Positions 25,973 to 38,800 of a stretch of DNA of 64,000 bases are shown piece after piece. Made by a program: the position numbers and the translations under genes. The DNA comes from Harriotta raleighana (taxonomy: Eukaryota): the NCBI GenBank assembly GCA_050575255.1, contig JBNZDD010013498.1, positions 350,392 to 414,391 on the forward strand. Reading direction: 5' to 3'. Each line of letters begins with the position of its first letter. Positions within the stretch are counted from its first letter, which is position 1. The notes below the pieces were generated by a model, which was given only the letters and a program-made list of their open reading frames with translations, made no database searches and had not been told where the DNA came from.

Positions 25973-27494
25973 TCATTGTAAGGTGTTCAGATGGAGACAA
26001 CCAATATGGCAGCAGAGTAATCCAAAGTTTATTAAATAATAGACAGCCAGACAAACTAGCCTAACTTATCCTTCTCACAGTAAAATCCATATTACTCGAT
26101 TCTAATGGGAAGAAGTATTGACCCTCTATGACAACTCAACTATTCCACAGCCAAGTCTTTCTTCTATGTGTTTCTAACTCTAACTCCCCTGGCCCAGACA
26201 TAACCACTTTGCAAGCCTATAGTGACCTTGAACAGATTGCTTTGCAGAGAGATATGGACAACTTCTGGGCAGTCTCCCACAGCCTGCTGGTTTTTCAGCC
26301 TTGAGATAGGCAGGTATCCGAGGCTATAGCCTTTCCTTTCTGAGGTCCATTGTTCCCACATCTGTGCTCAAGGACTTGATTTGCTTATTATCTCAGAGGA
26401 GTCAACCATCTTTCCAGAAAAATATGCAATGTAATGAGAAGCAGACCCCAACCGTTCCAGCACAGCTACTTTTAATCCTAGTTAAGTTAGACTTTAAATC
26501 AAACCAACCTTATTAAGGGATTATGGGTGTGTTACATTCTAACAGAATATGAAGATAAATTAAAAGCCATAAAAACACAATGAGCATCACAAGTATAATC
26601 TTACACCATAGCAAATGTCCAAGAACAATGTTTGAAAACCCTGAATTTCCGTGGTTCCACTGTTCTTAGTGTCCCACATTCTCACCTCCTTCAAAGAAAA
26701 CAAATTCTAAAACTGTAATTCTAATGTCTACATGGTGTTTCAGTCTGATGGACAGGCACATTCATACATTATTCAAATATTATTAAACACTATTCAACTT
26801 CTTTGAAATCGTAATGAGCTCCCATCATGCCCACCCATTACATAAATAGAATATTACATGTGTCACAGTGAGCAGTATTATTTTGTTAACTCGTGGACTA
26901 AACTCGGACCCATTGTGGTTTGTTGTATTGAATTGGGACTTGTGTGACAACTATTTGACTTGTAAAACCATTAAGAACCTGTTTGATACCTTAAGAATCT
27001 AAGTGTAAGCCTAGCTAAATGTCCACACACCCCAATTACTGTTCTACATAACTCTTTCCTTTGTAAGCGTAGCTGGTGTAGAAAAGTGTCACTTTTATAT
27101 TACTACTGGTATTCAAACATTTTCCCATAACTATCAAATTAAATTAAAAGGGAAAAAAGGAGGTCACATATCTTCTTGACCAGGAGCACATTTCAGTACC
27201 AGGTCATTTAACCTTTAACAATGAAAGCTTTCTAAGCGTTCTCTTTTCTTGCCATATTATACGAGACATGTAATGTAAAACAATGGTAGCAGTCTCCACC
27301 TTCGGGCTCCACTCCAGCCTTTATCCTGCTTACTTGGAATGACAGCCAAAAAAAAATCTGGCTGCACTTCAGCTAATTTTTGAATCTGGACAAAGAAGCT
27401 ATCGAGCTATTCAGAATATCATTGCAGATGGTAGCCCTCACGTATTTAAAATTTAAAATGTAATTCGTGCAGATTTTACCAGATATGGGCTGTT

Positions 27495-27807
27495 ATATAA
27501 TAATATAATAATAATCCTTGCATTTGATATAGTGCTTTTCACATCTTATCGATGTCTCAAAGCGCTTCACAGAATATACTCTAAAATGAATTGAGTGTAT
27601 ATTTGTGAGCGAAATTCGGCAGCCAATTGCGCACACGAACAGGCATGGATTGAAATGACCAATTTTTATTATTGCGGATTTTTGGGGGGACAGATTATTA
27701 TTAGGAGTGTGGAGTAAGGAAACGTGCCCAAGGTTTCGCCCTAATCTGCCTGGATTCGAACACAGTTCTCATGCTTGTAAAGTGAATGCTCTAACCACCA
27801 AGCTATC
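27495..27807 (-). mobile_element. SINE family A, near full length
   Basis: Tail, body and tRNA head (CTGGATTCGAAC = B box on minus) collinear with 34314-34633. Confidence 0.9.
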
Positions 27808-28113
27808 AAAGCTGTTATTCACAATCAAAATGATTCACACAAAGCAGAAAAACTGATGCAGAAATGCCTGCATTCTTTCCTGTACTTGTAAGATGGGTTT
27901 CGTTCTTTTGCAAGTTAATACTTTACATTGGGAGCTCTGCCATGGTTATTGAAGTTTTAGAACACCAGTACATGAGACTTTGGAAAAAGGATGAGGGAAT
28001 GACTACTGGAATCATTCTCTTGTGAATGCCAGGTGTAGGCAGGAATAAGCTCACCTCTGTTGAACCATCTCTTTTCACACGGATGTCAAAGCTCATTGAC
28101 AAAACTCCCACTT

Positions 28114-28275
28114 GATGATAATAATAATAATAATCCTTGCATTTGATATAAAGTGCCTTATCACATCTTTGAGATGTCTCAAAGCACTTCACAGAATATA
28201 TTGTAAAGTAAATTCACTGTATATTTTGTGGGAGAAATGCAGCAGCTAATTACACACAGCAATGTCCCACAAACA
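28114..28275 (-). mobile_element. SINE family A 3' half
   Basis: (TAA)n TCCTTGCATTTGATATAAAGTGCC...CACAGCAATGTCCCACAAAC. Confidence 0.85.
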
Positions 28276-28725
28276 AGAAATTATTACTTGTGCAAAAGTA
28301 ATCGGCTAACAAATGGGTTCCTACTGACCTGTTAATATTTACTGGCATCATAATGCAAATGGACAGAACACATTTATGAGGCATTGTGCGTTGGTGCTCA
28401 TATAGCAAAAAAAATCACAAAACGTTCAGTCACAATGCTCCAACAAGTGAAAACTGTGTTAAGATAAGGGAAGTTGCAGAACTTTCTATCACAAAGATCG
28501 TACGGATCTATATCCTATATGTGTAGATCTGTTAACATGGTTTCTGCTGAATTGTGAAAAGTAAATATTAAGGACTTGAGGAGGCATCACGTCTACAATT
28601 AATGTCCATCAGGTAAGGTAGACCAAACCATGGGTGATCTTTTAACCTTTCCACCCTTTGACTGGTTATCAAATAGGATGGTCAAGGCCATGAATAAATG
28701 TTTTAACAACTAAAAAGTAGAATGG

Positions 28726-29580
28726 TGGAATGGGCTGACATGTGGCAGATGGATTTCAATGTGGATAAGTGTGAGGTCATACACTTAGGTAGGGAAAATG
28801 ATAGGAGGCAATATAGTCTATATAGTCAATCTTAAGGGGGGTGAACGTACAGAGAGATCTGGGTGTTCAAGTAAGTGAATCATTAAAGGTAGCAGGGCAG
28901 GTAGATAAAGCAGTAAAAAAGGCATTTGGTGTACTGAGCTTTATTAGTAGGGGCATAGAGTTTAAGAGTACGGAAGTTATGCTTAATTTGTACGAAACAC
29001 TGGTTAGGCCTCAGCTGGAGTACTGCGTCCAGTTCTGGGCACCTTACTACAGGAAGGACATTAAGGCACTGGAAAGGGTGCAGAGGCGATTCACAAGAAT
29101 GATTCCAGGAATGGGGAACCTTAGCTATGAGCACAGGCTGGAGAAGTTAGGACTTTTCCCATTAGAGCAGAGAAGATTATGCGGGGACCTGATAGAGGTC
29201 TTCAAGATCATGAAAGGTTTCGACAGGCTGGATAGGGAAAAGCTGTTTCCGCTGGTAGGTGTGTCTGTGACCCGAGGTCACAGTCTTAAGATATCTACCA
29301 AAAGAAGCAGAGGGGAGGTTAGAAGAATTTTTTTCACTCAGAGAGTTGTTTGAATTTGGAATGATTTGCCTGAAAGGGTAGTGAGGTCCGATTCTATAGC
29401 AGCTTTTAAGAGAGAACTGGATAGGTATCCGGGGAAGACAGGCTTGCAGGGTTATGGGGAGAAAGTTGGTGATTGGGGTTAATAAAAGTGACATTGCTCT
29501 GTCAAAGAGCCGCACAGACTCGATGGGCCGAATGGCCTCCTTCTGTGCCGTAACCTTCTATGATTCTATGATTCTGTGAT
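28726..29580 (+). mobile_element. CR1-clade LINE, 5'-truncated, ORF2 C-terminus
   Basis: WADMWQMDFNVDKCEVIHLG, then ORF 28841-29353 (QRDLGV..LVRPQLEYCVQFWAP..LERVQRRFTRMIPG..GDLIEVFKIMKG..FFTQRVV); tail GGGCCGAATGGCCTCCTTCTGTG + (ATTCTRTG)n. Confidence 0.97.
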
Positions 29581-29694
29581 TATTTCCCTTCCTTTCCTTC
29601 CCCCCCTTCCCCCATGTTATTTCATTGTAAATATTTTTATTTGTGGTTTAAATGGATGGAGGTAAAAGTGTAAGCTTTCTGAGCTGAAGTCTCG

Positions 29695-29870
29695 ACCTCT
29701 GTCATGCAATGATTGACAGGTCCATCATAAAATGGCAAACAAGGTCAACCCTTGGGAATGATGTGTGATGAGATTATGACACACTCAGAGGGGAACGCAA
29801 GGTTGTGAAGGACAGCAGTGCGATGACTGATTGCTAATGTTGACAGCCACACAGAGTATTTATGGATGTG
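29695..29870. promoter_or_regulatory. Candidate TALE/Hox enhancer
   Basis: PBX-MEIS/PREP decamer TGATTGACAG at 29710-29719, extra TGACAG sites at ~29699 (minus) and ~29841, CATAAAA and TTTATGG posterior-Hox/Cdx-type sites; repeat-free. Confidence 0.35.
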
Positions 29871-30400
29871 TTCTGAAAGTCACGTTTTTTTTTTGGTAAG
29901 GAATATAATTTAACATTTTAAGCAATATACACACTTGAATGCAGCAGGAAAAACCTGATCTCCTAATTAAATAAAGGTGCTTGGGTTTGTGCGCATATGC
30001 AGGTGCAAAATACAATTTTAGACAGTATGAGCAAGAGCTTTCAACATAAAATACAGCAAGTCCTGCATCATTTTTTAACTGCTGCCTTTCCTTGCTGCAT
30101 AATCTATTGTTAAAAGGCTGCTCTGTAGAGTGCTAAAGACAGATGTATCAATCAAGTGGAAGTGAAATGCTGGCATTTGACTGATGTCAGGAAGGGATAT
30201 GCATACTGCAGCCCCTGCTGTGCTCTATATTGATTTCCGTGTACTGGGTATTTTTACAGTTCAGTCAGGAATTTACTGTGTTTTTTTCTTTTTGGCATTG
30301 TTGCTGCTACAGTTTGCCAGATGCATCACGGCATTTTGGTGGGGCTGTTGTGAAAAAAAGATAGTTGGCTCCTGAAGTTGAAGCTTTTTCACGTTGCTTT

Positions 30401-30690
30401 GGTGTCAGCTTGTGCTCAGTTGGTAGCACTCTGAGTCCTAGGCCAATAAGTTGCGGACTCACACCTTACCCCATTTTTAGACCCTCACTGCAGTATTACT
30501 AGAGCCTGACATTCTCAATGGTTTTGACTTTTGAAAGAGATCACACAAACGTTAAAGATCCCACCTTAATACTCAAAAAGTAAAAGGACTTTCTTCCAAT
30601 GTTCTGGCCAATAATCTTGCAGATTAATTAATTGATCTTTCCTCACGTACTGGGTTCATAAAGGCTGCTGCCATGCTTGGCTAGAAAAGC
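30401..30690 (+). mobile_element. Family C Deu-type SINE, degraded
   Basis: Head GGTGTCAGCTTGTGCTCAGTTGGTAGCACTCT (A box), ACGTTAAAGATCCCA, TGTTCTGGCCAATAATC. Confidence 0.7.
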
Positions 30691-33600
30691 AAGTATTACA
30701 CATGATATTGATAAGACATTGATAAAACTCAAAGTTATTTATGGCAGGGTTATTTATTTGCTATATTGCAGTAGATAGAAAAACAAGGAGTGAGAAAACG
30801 TCAGGAATGGAGCGGGAGGGAAAATTAGAGGAGAACTGGTGAATGAGTGAAACAGCAATAGAAATGTATATACCCATTTACCAAAACTACTCTATAAGGG
30901 GAGAAAAATAATTTGAATGGTTAGAAATCTCCAAATCCTCAAAGGGCAGGGATTCCTCCATTTTGATTACAAAATCAGATTGGAGATGATGGAAAGATGT
31001 TTTCTCAATTTTTCTTAAATTGATAAGAGTGCAAGTTATTTTGTTTGTAGTACTCATTTTTGGTTACAATTTGCATTCACAGCTCACAAGATTTGTTCAC
31101 ATTAAACACAATGATGAGCAGGACATGAACTAAGTTGCTACCTCCTTCATTCTTTCTGTCCCTTCAGTCAATGCAGTCTGTTGCTCAGTTTTGACAGATG
31201 AATCATAGATAATCCATTTGAATAAACATGTGAATATGTTTGTTTTCGGAGGAGGCACAAAATTGATGAGCATTCTAGTGGAATTTGTTTTATAATGTAA
31301 GAGTGAAGCTGACTGGATTTTGCATGGTGTTTTGCAATTCTGTATTCCTCTCCTAGTTCAGTGCATATTACACTTAATAAAATAATGAATGCTTTGAGAT
31401 AAATATCCTTTCCTCTAATTTGACCATATGATTATTCGTTCTTTGATTTGATCAAACGTTAGGCTTTTGCACGAGTTCGTAGTGTATTGAGTGTAATCGT
31501 ATCTGTGCATTAAATCTTGCTCGCGATTAAAATATTTCAGGAGTGCTTTTAGAGAGGAATAGATTGAATAAAACATGCTCACTGCTCATTGTGATTCAGT
31601 TGTTAATGAAAGTGCTGTTGCTGAGATATCAATGCTATACAAGAAAACGGTGACATCAACGTTGTATAGCAAATGATGAATGGTATCATTAATACAATCC
31701 TCTCCTGAACATTGGTGACATTTCAGAGTAGTCTAGGTGGAAACGTGATGATATCAGAATCCGCTTTAGTAAACTGTTAACGTTGTGATTGAGAATGATC
31801 ACTGTATGTGAATGTGAAGCTGTTGGCCTGGACAACTGAACTTTTTAGTTTTGATTCTTCAGGAAATAGCTGCAGAGAGAACCCTGTATATGTGTTGTCT
31901 ATTCGCCATCAGAAAAGGCAACAAGGACAACAATTTTCTGGTTCAGAAAGATAAGTAAATCATTCAAATATCAGTAATATTTTGACAATTGTAGATACTG
32001 CATCAAATACAAGAATTATTATTTTAACCAGTGTCACCTTCAACCCTGGCTGATAACAAATCTGTATCAGAATCACAAACATGGGCACAGTGTTGTTGAG
32101 GGGATGAGGAAAAATTCAGAATAGGTTTGATCCAAAAGATTTTGAACATTAATCCTCCAAAACCATACGGCTTTCTTCACTGGAAAGCCGGACGGAAGGA
32201 ATAGCATTTCATGAAAGCCTTGGTTTTAAAAAGAATAAATTGCAGCTAATAATCTTATGTCATCAGAAATACCAATAGTTGGCCTAAGGGCATGAGAAAA
32301 GGTAGCTTTGTGTCTGTACTCAGAGGTTTAGAATTAGAATTTTATTACACAATGTGCAGTGGAGCTTCAGGCTTTGTGGGGTATTATAACTGCCCACATA
32401 TCAGCGGTGTGCTGTTTGAATTCAGTTTCAGCTTCCTCTTTTGAGTTTGGCTTCAAACCAGCCAAATGCCATTGATGCCAAGCCAAGATTCTGAGGTTTC
32501 TTGCTTGATTCAGCTCTCGGAAGTCGAAGTTTAGCCTGTCTGTAACTTGAAAACCTTTGATTCGGGATGGCAAAATTCAAAGACTGAAACACCTATCCCT
32601 AGAGTACATTCTTCAACTCAATCCAAATAGATCTAAGAGGGGGTGAATTGGGAGACATCCAAACATATACTAATTCACCCCATCCAGATCCAGTCAGATT
32701 CAGTTGTAAATTCGATGTTCAGCCGTACATTGGGGTATAATAGATGCCCATATCATATCCACAAAAATTAGCCTTATGCTCAAAAAGCTTAACCATTGAA
32801 TACTATTCAGCCATGTACAATCCATCACTGAAGCAAATGCTGTAACTATTACACTTGAGGGTTAATGTTCTCCTTTGAATGCTGTTAACAGTGGCAGACT
32901 CAGTCAATCCAGTGGATCCTTAGCTCTATAATCTGTGGGACAATTATATCCAATTGAAGCTTCACAAAGATTAATGACAAAATTTAATTCCTCCATTGAA
33001 TAGGAAAAAAAGTCTGAAAGTGCTTCAGACCCAAGCTGTTCCTCATTGCTCATTGCTGTGCAGAGAATCAAGCTTCATAAATTTTCATTGATCACGACCG
33101 TGAAGGGGAATTTCACCCTTATGTATAGTTGGATTTAGATGAATCAATTCACACAGCCTGTCCAAGTGTAATGGATAAAACCAATGGGTTTATTATCGAG
33201 TTGCACAGCTTGTATTCTTGGCAAAATTAGCCGCAGACATTCATTACTGCTCTCTTCCAATTAAATAAAACAACTTAATTATATGTAATGTAAGGGGAAA
33301 AAAAATAACTCGATAATGTTTCAAAAACTCAAAATCAAACTCTCAGGGCCTGAAATCATTAGAATGTTGATCTGAACATTTGTGTCTTCAAGGCAACATT
33401 TGTAAAGAGATGAGTGGGTAAACAAGATATTTCTGCTATTTTGCCCCCAATTCATCGCTGAACCTTTTGTAATTCTGAGGTGCCCTCTTTCATGCAGAAG
33501 ATATATGTTTCTCCCATCATGGATCTTGTCTGGGTAATGCTGCTTTATAATGTCTAAGAATCTAACTTTGGTCAAATAGAACATAGATTTGTAAGTCAAC

Positions 33601-34313
33601 AATATCGAGAACACAAGTCTCTGAGCAAGAGATTAAGCAATGCAACTTTATTGAGAAACCATACTACTCAAGGGCTCACTTCACCATCTCTTTCTCGTGG
33701 GGGGGAGTTGTGGGGTGGGGAAATACATTCTGCAACTTGTTCCATTCAATTTGTTCAATTAGCAATGCTCCTGTGGGATCCACGTCCTCAATCGGGGAAT
33801 AGACAAATTCTGACTTTGACAAATAACTGTTGTCTCACACCAACAAGATTGATTTGTTGAGAGGTTTCTGGGATGGGTTCCAATCATTCGTGAACCAGTT
33901 GATACAGGTGACTCAAGCTGGAGTTGGCTGGCGAGCATTAGGTATCTGTTCAGCTCATGCACCAGCTGCTGCAGAAGAATTGAAATCTAGTACTGCCTCA
34001 GAAAGGCACTGGAAAAGAGAAAGATTATGGGTGAAAACTTCGGAACAATGTTGCAGGTGTAGCTATATTCTCTTCCACACCTTCTCAGCTGACTTCATGT
34101 CTAGAAAATGGTCTTTTCACCATCAGATTATTAATGTGTCTGGCAGCTATTTTGTCATTTTACTATGCTTAGGACGAATAACGTTATTTTATTTTCGCTG
34201 TATATTCATTTGATCAGTAATAGGCTGTGGTAGTAGGGCATTAACCTCTAGGATGAGCAGTTTAGTTGATTTGTTTGTTCACAGTGAAGACTGGATGTGA
34301 TGCTAATGTCTGC

Positions 34314-34633
34314 TATAATAATAATAATAATCCTTGCATTTGATATAGCGCTTTTCACAATTTATCAAGTCTCAAAGCGCTTCACAGAATATACTGTAAA
34401 ATGAATTGACCGTATATTTGTGGACGAAACGTGGGAGCCAATTGCGCACAGCAGAGTCCCACAAACAGGCATGCATTGAAATGACCAATTTTATTATTGT
34501 GTTTTTTGAAAGGAGGGATTATTATTAGGCAATGAGGAGTAAGGAAACCTGCCCAAGGTTTTGCCCTGACATGCCTGGATTCGAACCCAGGTCTCCCATT
34601 TGTAAGACGAGTGCTCTAACTACAGGACTCCAC
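34314..34633 (-). mobile_element. SINE family A, full length
   Basis: Minus-strand GTGGAGTCCTGTAG...GGGTTCGAATCCAGG head (B box), body and (ATT)n tail. Confidence 0.92.
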
Positions 34634-34965
34634 AAATGTAGAATGCTAATGTAGAACGTTGAATCATATCAGAAGTAGAAAGTAGCACTATCACCAAATG
34701 TTTGTAGGACATTTGTTTAGCCAAAATTCTAGAGCTGGGATGATGTTTCCGCTTAATAATGTTTGAGTAAGGTGCAAAATAAATCCTTATTTTTCAAAAA
34801 AAATCAGGTTGTGGCAATTAAACTACACAATTTGATCTCTATTGAATTGAAAGATACAAATGTGTTATAGAATTTTGGATTAAATCATATGACCTGAATA
34901 TCCAAGTATTCCATCTTTACAACCCCATGATTCAAATCAAATGTGAGCAACCAATCATCAGGATT

Positions 34966-35279
34966 GTGGAGTCCTGTAGCTCAGTGGATAAGCACTCGCC
35001 TTACAAATGTGAGACCTGTGTTTGAATGCAGGCAAGTTAGGGCTAAACCTTGGGCAAGTATCTGTACTCCACACGCCCAATAATATTCCCTCCAAAAAAT
35101 ACACAATAATAAATTGGTCATTTCAATCCACGACTGTTTGTGGGACACTTCTGTGCGCAATTGGCTGCCACATTTTGCCCATAAATATAATTCACTTTAC
35201 AGTATATTCTGTGAAACGCTTTGAGACGTCTAGAAGATGTGAAATGCGCGATATTGAATGCAATGATTATTATTATTAT
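34966..35279 (+). mobile_element. SINE family A, full length (tRNA head + Deu-like 3' body + L2-like tail)
   Basis: A box TAGCTCAGTGG, anticodon-like loop CTTACAA, degenerate B box GTTTGAATGC, TGTGCGCAATTGGCTGCC, tail GATGTGAAATGCGCGATATTGAATGCAATGA(TTA)n. Confidence 0.92.
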
Positions 35280-35342
35280 CACGTAAATTACCAAACAGTT
35301 TGGAGCCCAACCCTTACTTATAGATCGAGAGATTAGATTGAG

Positions 35343-35490
35343 TTTATTTATTATTTATTTATTTATTATATTTATATAGCGCCTTTCACGTCAGGAGGAC
35401 GTCCCAAGGCGCTGTACAGTCAAGTGGGGGGAGGGGTCGGGGGAAGAAAAGCAGGAAAATACTGACTGTATATTTGTGGGCGAAATTTGT
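35343..35490 (-). mobile_element. L2 3' tail with (TTTA)n end, joined to a short SINE A piece
   Basis: ATTTATATAGCGCCTTTCACGTCAGGAGGACGTCCCAAGGCGCTGTACAGTC, then TGACTGTATATTTGTGGGCGAAATT. Confidence 0.7.
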
Positions 35491-35660
35491 CATTTAGACC
35501 TACCTTGAGCCTTGTTTTGAAGACCCTCTATCTGATGGTTTCATCTCCCCTCGCTTCCTAGTCCAACCAAGGGAGGTGTTTATATATGCTTTAATATTTT
35601 AGGTAGGAAAAGCTCTGATCTGATTCCAGCTGATGCAAAGCCAACTATGTATAACATTAA

Positions 35661-35865
35661 CAAAAATCGCTGGGAACACTCAGCAAGTCAAGCAGCATCT
35701 ATGGAGAAAAGAAAGTGAGTCAATGTTTTGGGTCTATGACCCTTCATCAAGCAGAACCTTGACTCACTTTCCTTACATTATAGATGCTGCTGGACCTGCT
35801 GAGTGTTCCCGGCGACTTCTGTTTTTGTTTTAAATATCCAGCATCTGCAGTATTTTGCGTTTTTG
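35661..35865. mobile_element. Palindromic Penelope-like-element-derived repeat
   Basis: ~67-bp inverted arms at 35661-35727 and 35755-35821; the centre holds a hammerhead-like motif; homologous single arm at 40531. Confidence 0.7.
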
Positions 35866-38800
35866 TAATGTTTAACATTTCCCGAGAGATCCATTGAAAT
35901 GCCCTTAGGGATTGTAATGTTATCAGAGGTTGAACGCCTGGCTCCTTAATAACTTGAAAAATTAACAGTCTACCAGCTCCGAATCTCTCTTCTGCTTGGC
36001 TGCATTGAATGGGTGCCTATGGTATAATTACTGTATTATGTCTTTTAACCCTCCCAACTGGACTGCCAATACTCCAGCGTAAAGTATCAAGAGTAATTGC
36101 ACCTTTCAAATCTTAAATCACTGGAGCAACACCATTCCTGAAGCAAACCATTAACTATGAATTTACATAAATTCCACTGTGAAACACGAATTGTTTCCCG
36201 GTTGAGCTCCTGCCCACTATAAAATGTAAGTCATAGACATCGAGAAGGTTTCAGGTTAAATCCCTACCTTCTGCCCCTGTATTTCTCTTCACGCCATACC
36301 CTGTCGCGTTTGCTGTGAGAATGGTTTGCTTGTGATTTGCCAACTCAGCTTTTGTGCTAGGAAATATGGGATAGCTTCTCTGGATGACTTATTGTGCTGC
36401 TTATCTTCCTTCCTGTGCAAAGAACATGACCACTACAGTATTCATTTCCTCTTTGATGGAAAAATTCTGTATAGGAAATCATTTGTGTGAACCATTTACC
36501 CTGCTTTGGCACCTCTCAGCTTTTTAAAAAAAATCTATAATGGCAACAATATGTATTCAATAACACATTTTTTTAGAACAGCTATTATCTAGGTTTATTT
36601 TGATAGTAAGATGGCTGTTCACCTTTTTAATTTTGCTAGATACAAATAATATTTTACAGTGAGAAATATTTCCGTAATTAATTTAGGCTGTGTTGGTAAT
36701 TTTCAGTTTATTGCTAATGAAAACGCAATCTAGGGTGTAATTAGCTGGTTATGAATGGCTGATGTGCTGCACGCAGCAAATTGTTTTGAACATCAATTTA
36801 GCAGCTACTGAAATGTTCCCATCTGTTGCTCTATCAATCTAGACTGTGGTTTTTGCTTGTTCAGATCAAGCAAAGTGCAAAGATTCTGTAAAAGGTTGAC
36901 CTTAAACTTTAAAACAAATCAAATCTGTGCCACTTTAATCCAAGGGTAAACTTTTTTTTACTATAAATATATATTTTAAAAATCCTTGCATTTCGATATA
37001 GAAAATTATCCTGTTGATCCAATGTCTCAAATGATTTGATTGCAAAGTGTGGTCGATATATTTGTAGGAGAATTTCTACATCCTTGTAGAATATCCACTC
37101 TATCGTCTTCCAATTGTTTATGTCCAGTGATTCACTAAAGTCCACCTTCCTCAATGATAAACCAGCTTTTGTGCAAAGAAATGCTTCATGGAGTGTGTGG
37201 TAAATTTTCCCTTCAGACCCCTGAACCTGTGCTTTTTGTCCTACTGGGAACCTTAAACCTATGAAACAGTATGCAGACCCGTCTTTGTGCTTTTCTGTCA
37301 CGCTAACAATTGTAGAATGAGAACAACTAAAATCTTTCCGTTCATAGTCATTATTCAGTTTTCCGGACAATGATTAGGCGTGAGTTATCATGTACAGCGT
37401 GACACTTTGAAAGGAAAATATGAAAATCATAGGAAAACAATCCGAACCCAAACCCTTTGAAAATATGATTTTAATTATATCTATTGGTGAGTGCTTGCAC
37501 ATACAAGTGCTATTGCTGTTGGAGTAGAAAATGAACAAATCCAGCATTAATAGAATGCAAGTTATATTTTTATTATTTTCTTATTAAAATAATATTTTTT
37601 GTTCTCTTTCGCTAATGTAAGTGGATCATCTGCATGACATTACAGTAATTGATAAAATCGTGTGTTACTTTGTGTATGTGTGTATGTGATATTTACAATA
37701 GATGTTGTAAAACCTTAGCAGGCCTCAAAAACACCTCAAGTCTGCCTCTTTTTTCAAAAAATAGTTTAGAGCAAGTTTGCTTCCTGTTCTTTATTGCTGT
37801 GACAGAACAATCTCTCATGCTGGCCACTGTCAATGTTCCATGCATTAAAGACAAACTTTCCCTTTTGGAGGCTACACGAAGGACAGAATTAACCGCGAAG
37901 AATTGATTGATGTGCATTTTTTTGTTGCGCCAATACATTGTGTCTTCATGTAAAGTCAATATCCAATCTTGTATTTGACTCCAGGATAGCAGACCCAAAC
38001 CATCAAGCATGCTTATTATTGCAGAAACCTCTGCCTCGGGGAGCGAGAGCTATTCATTTTGTGATTAATCTGCAACTGTGAAATCTTATTTTCAGACTTG
38101 AGACGTGTTTCTGCATCATGTTTTACAATCCATATTATGTTGTTAAAATTTAAGCTCTTGTTTAGTTTCTGTTCCTTTGTCATACAGTGTCATATAGTGT
38201 CCTCATAGCTCAGTCATTTCTGCTTCAAATGACTAGGATTTATGGTTTATTTGTCCTTCTGGACAGTGCTGATAGCTTTTACTCACATTATTTTACTGTA
38301 TTTCTGAGGGTTGATCTTCATGGGGTACTTTCAGATGTGTATCCTTAAGATACACTGATATATTATCAATGCCAGAATATTGGGAAAAGGATTCGCCAAA
38401 CAGTGCCAAAGAGCTTCTTCAGTAAAATATTTATTCCTCGCCACAAAATATTTAGGTCCATTGTTAACTATTATAACATATTATGTACCTGAAACTGGAT
38501 GGTTTTCTAATCCTCAAGGTTAATATTCTTTATCTTGAAGGACACCAATTTCAATTGAAACAAGTAAGTGCCTTTATTTTACAATGTGTTTGCAGAAATT
38601 AAGAGGTATGTTGCTTTCAGCGGCCCATAGCTGAAAGTGATAGCAGGTGCTAAAGGCACATATAACCAGATCCAGGATGATCCACACTGGAACAAACGGT
38701 GCACATTGGACAACAGATAAAAACTATTTGGAACCAAAGATGACAAACATTTTGAAGTCTTGGTCTGTAGATGGATTTATCAAGGCCAAGCCTACCCTCC

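Noticed and set aside
26050-26400. Possible very old LINE fragment
   Set aside because: Too decayed to support by eye
28841-29353. 170-aa ORF as a host gene
   Set aside because: It is a truncated CR1 ORF2 fragment with an upstream frame disruption and a premature stop
32640-32680. 10-12 bp inverted repeat GGGGTGAATT/AATTCACCCC
   Set aside because: Length and spacer are within chance expectation
33830-34213. 127-aa ORF in unique sequence
   Set aside because: No motif or convincing splice boundaries recognised
34966-35050. tRNA gene
   Set aside because: No acceptor stem or terminator; it continues into a SINE body present in many copies
27495-35279. Recurring ~30-bp motif as a CRISPR-like array
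   Set aside because: Dispersed, on both strands, irregular spacing; explained by SINE tails in a eukaryotic genome
36909-37370. 153-aa minus-strand ORF
   Set aside because: No recognisable domain, non-ATG start, AT-rich; consistent with a chance ORF
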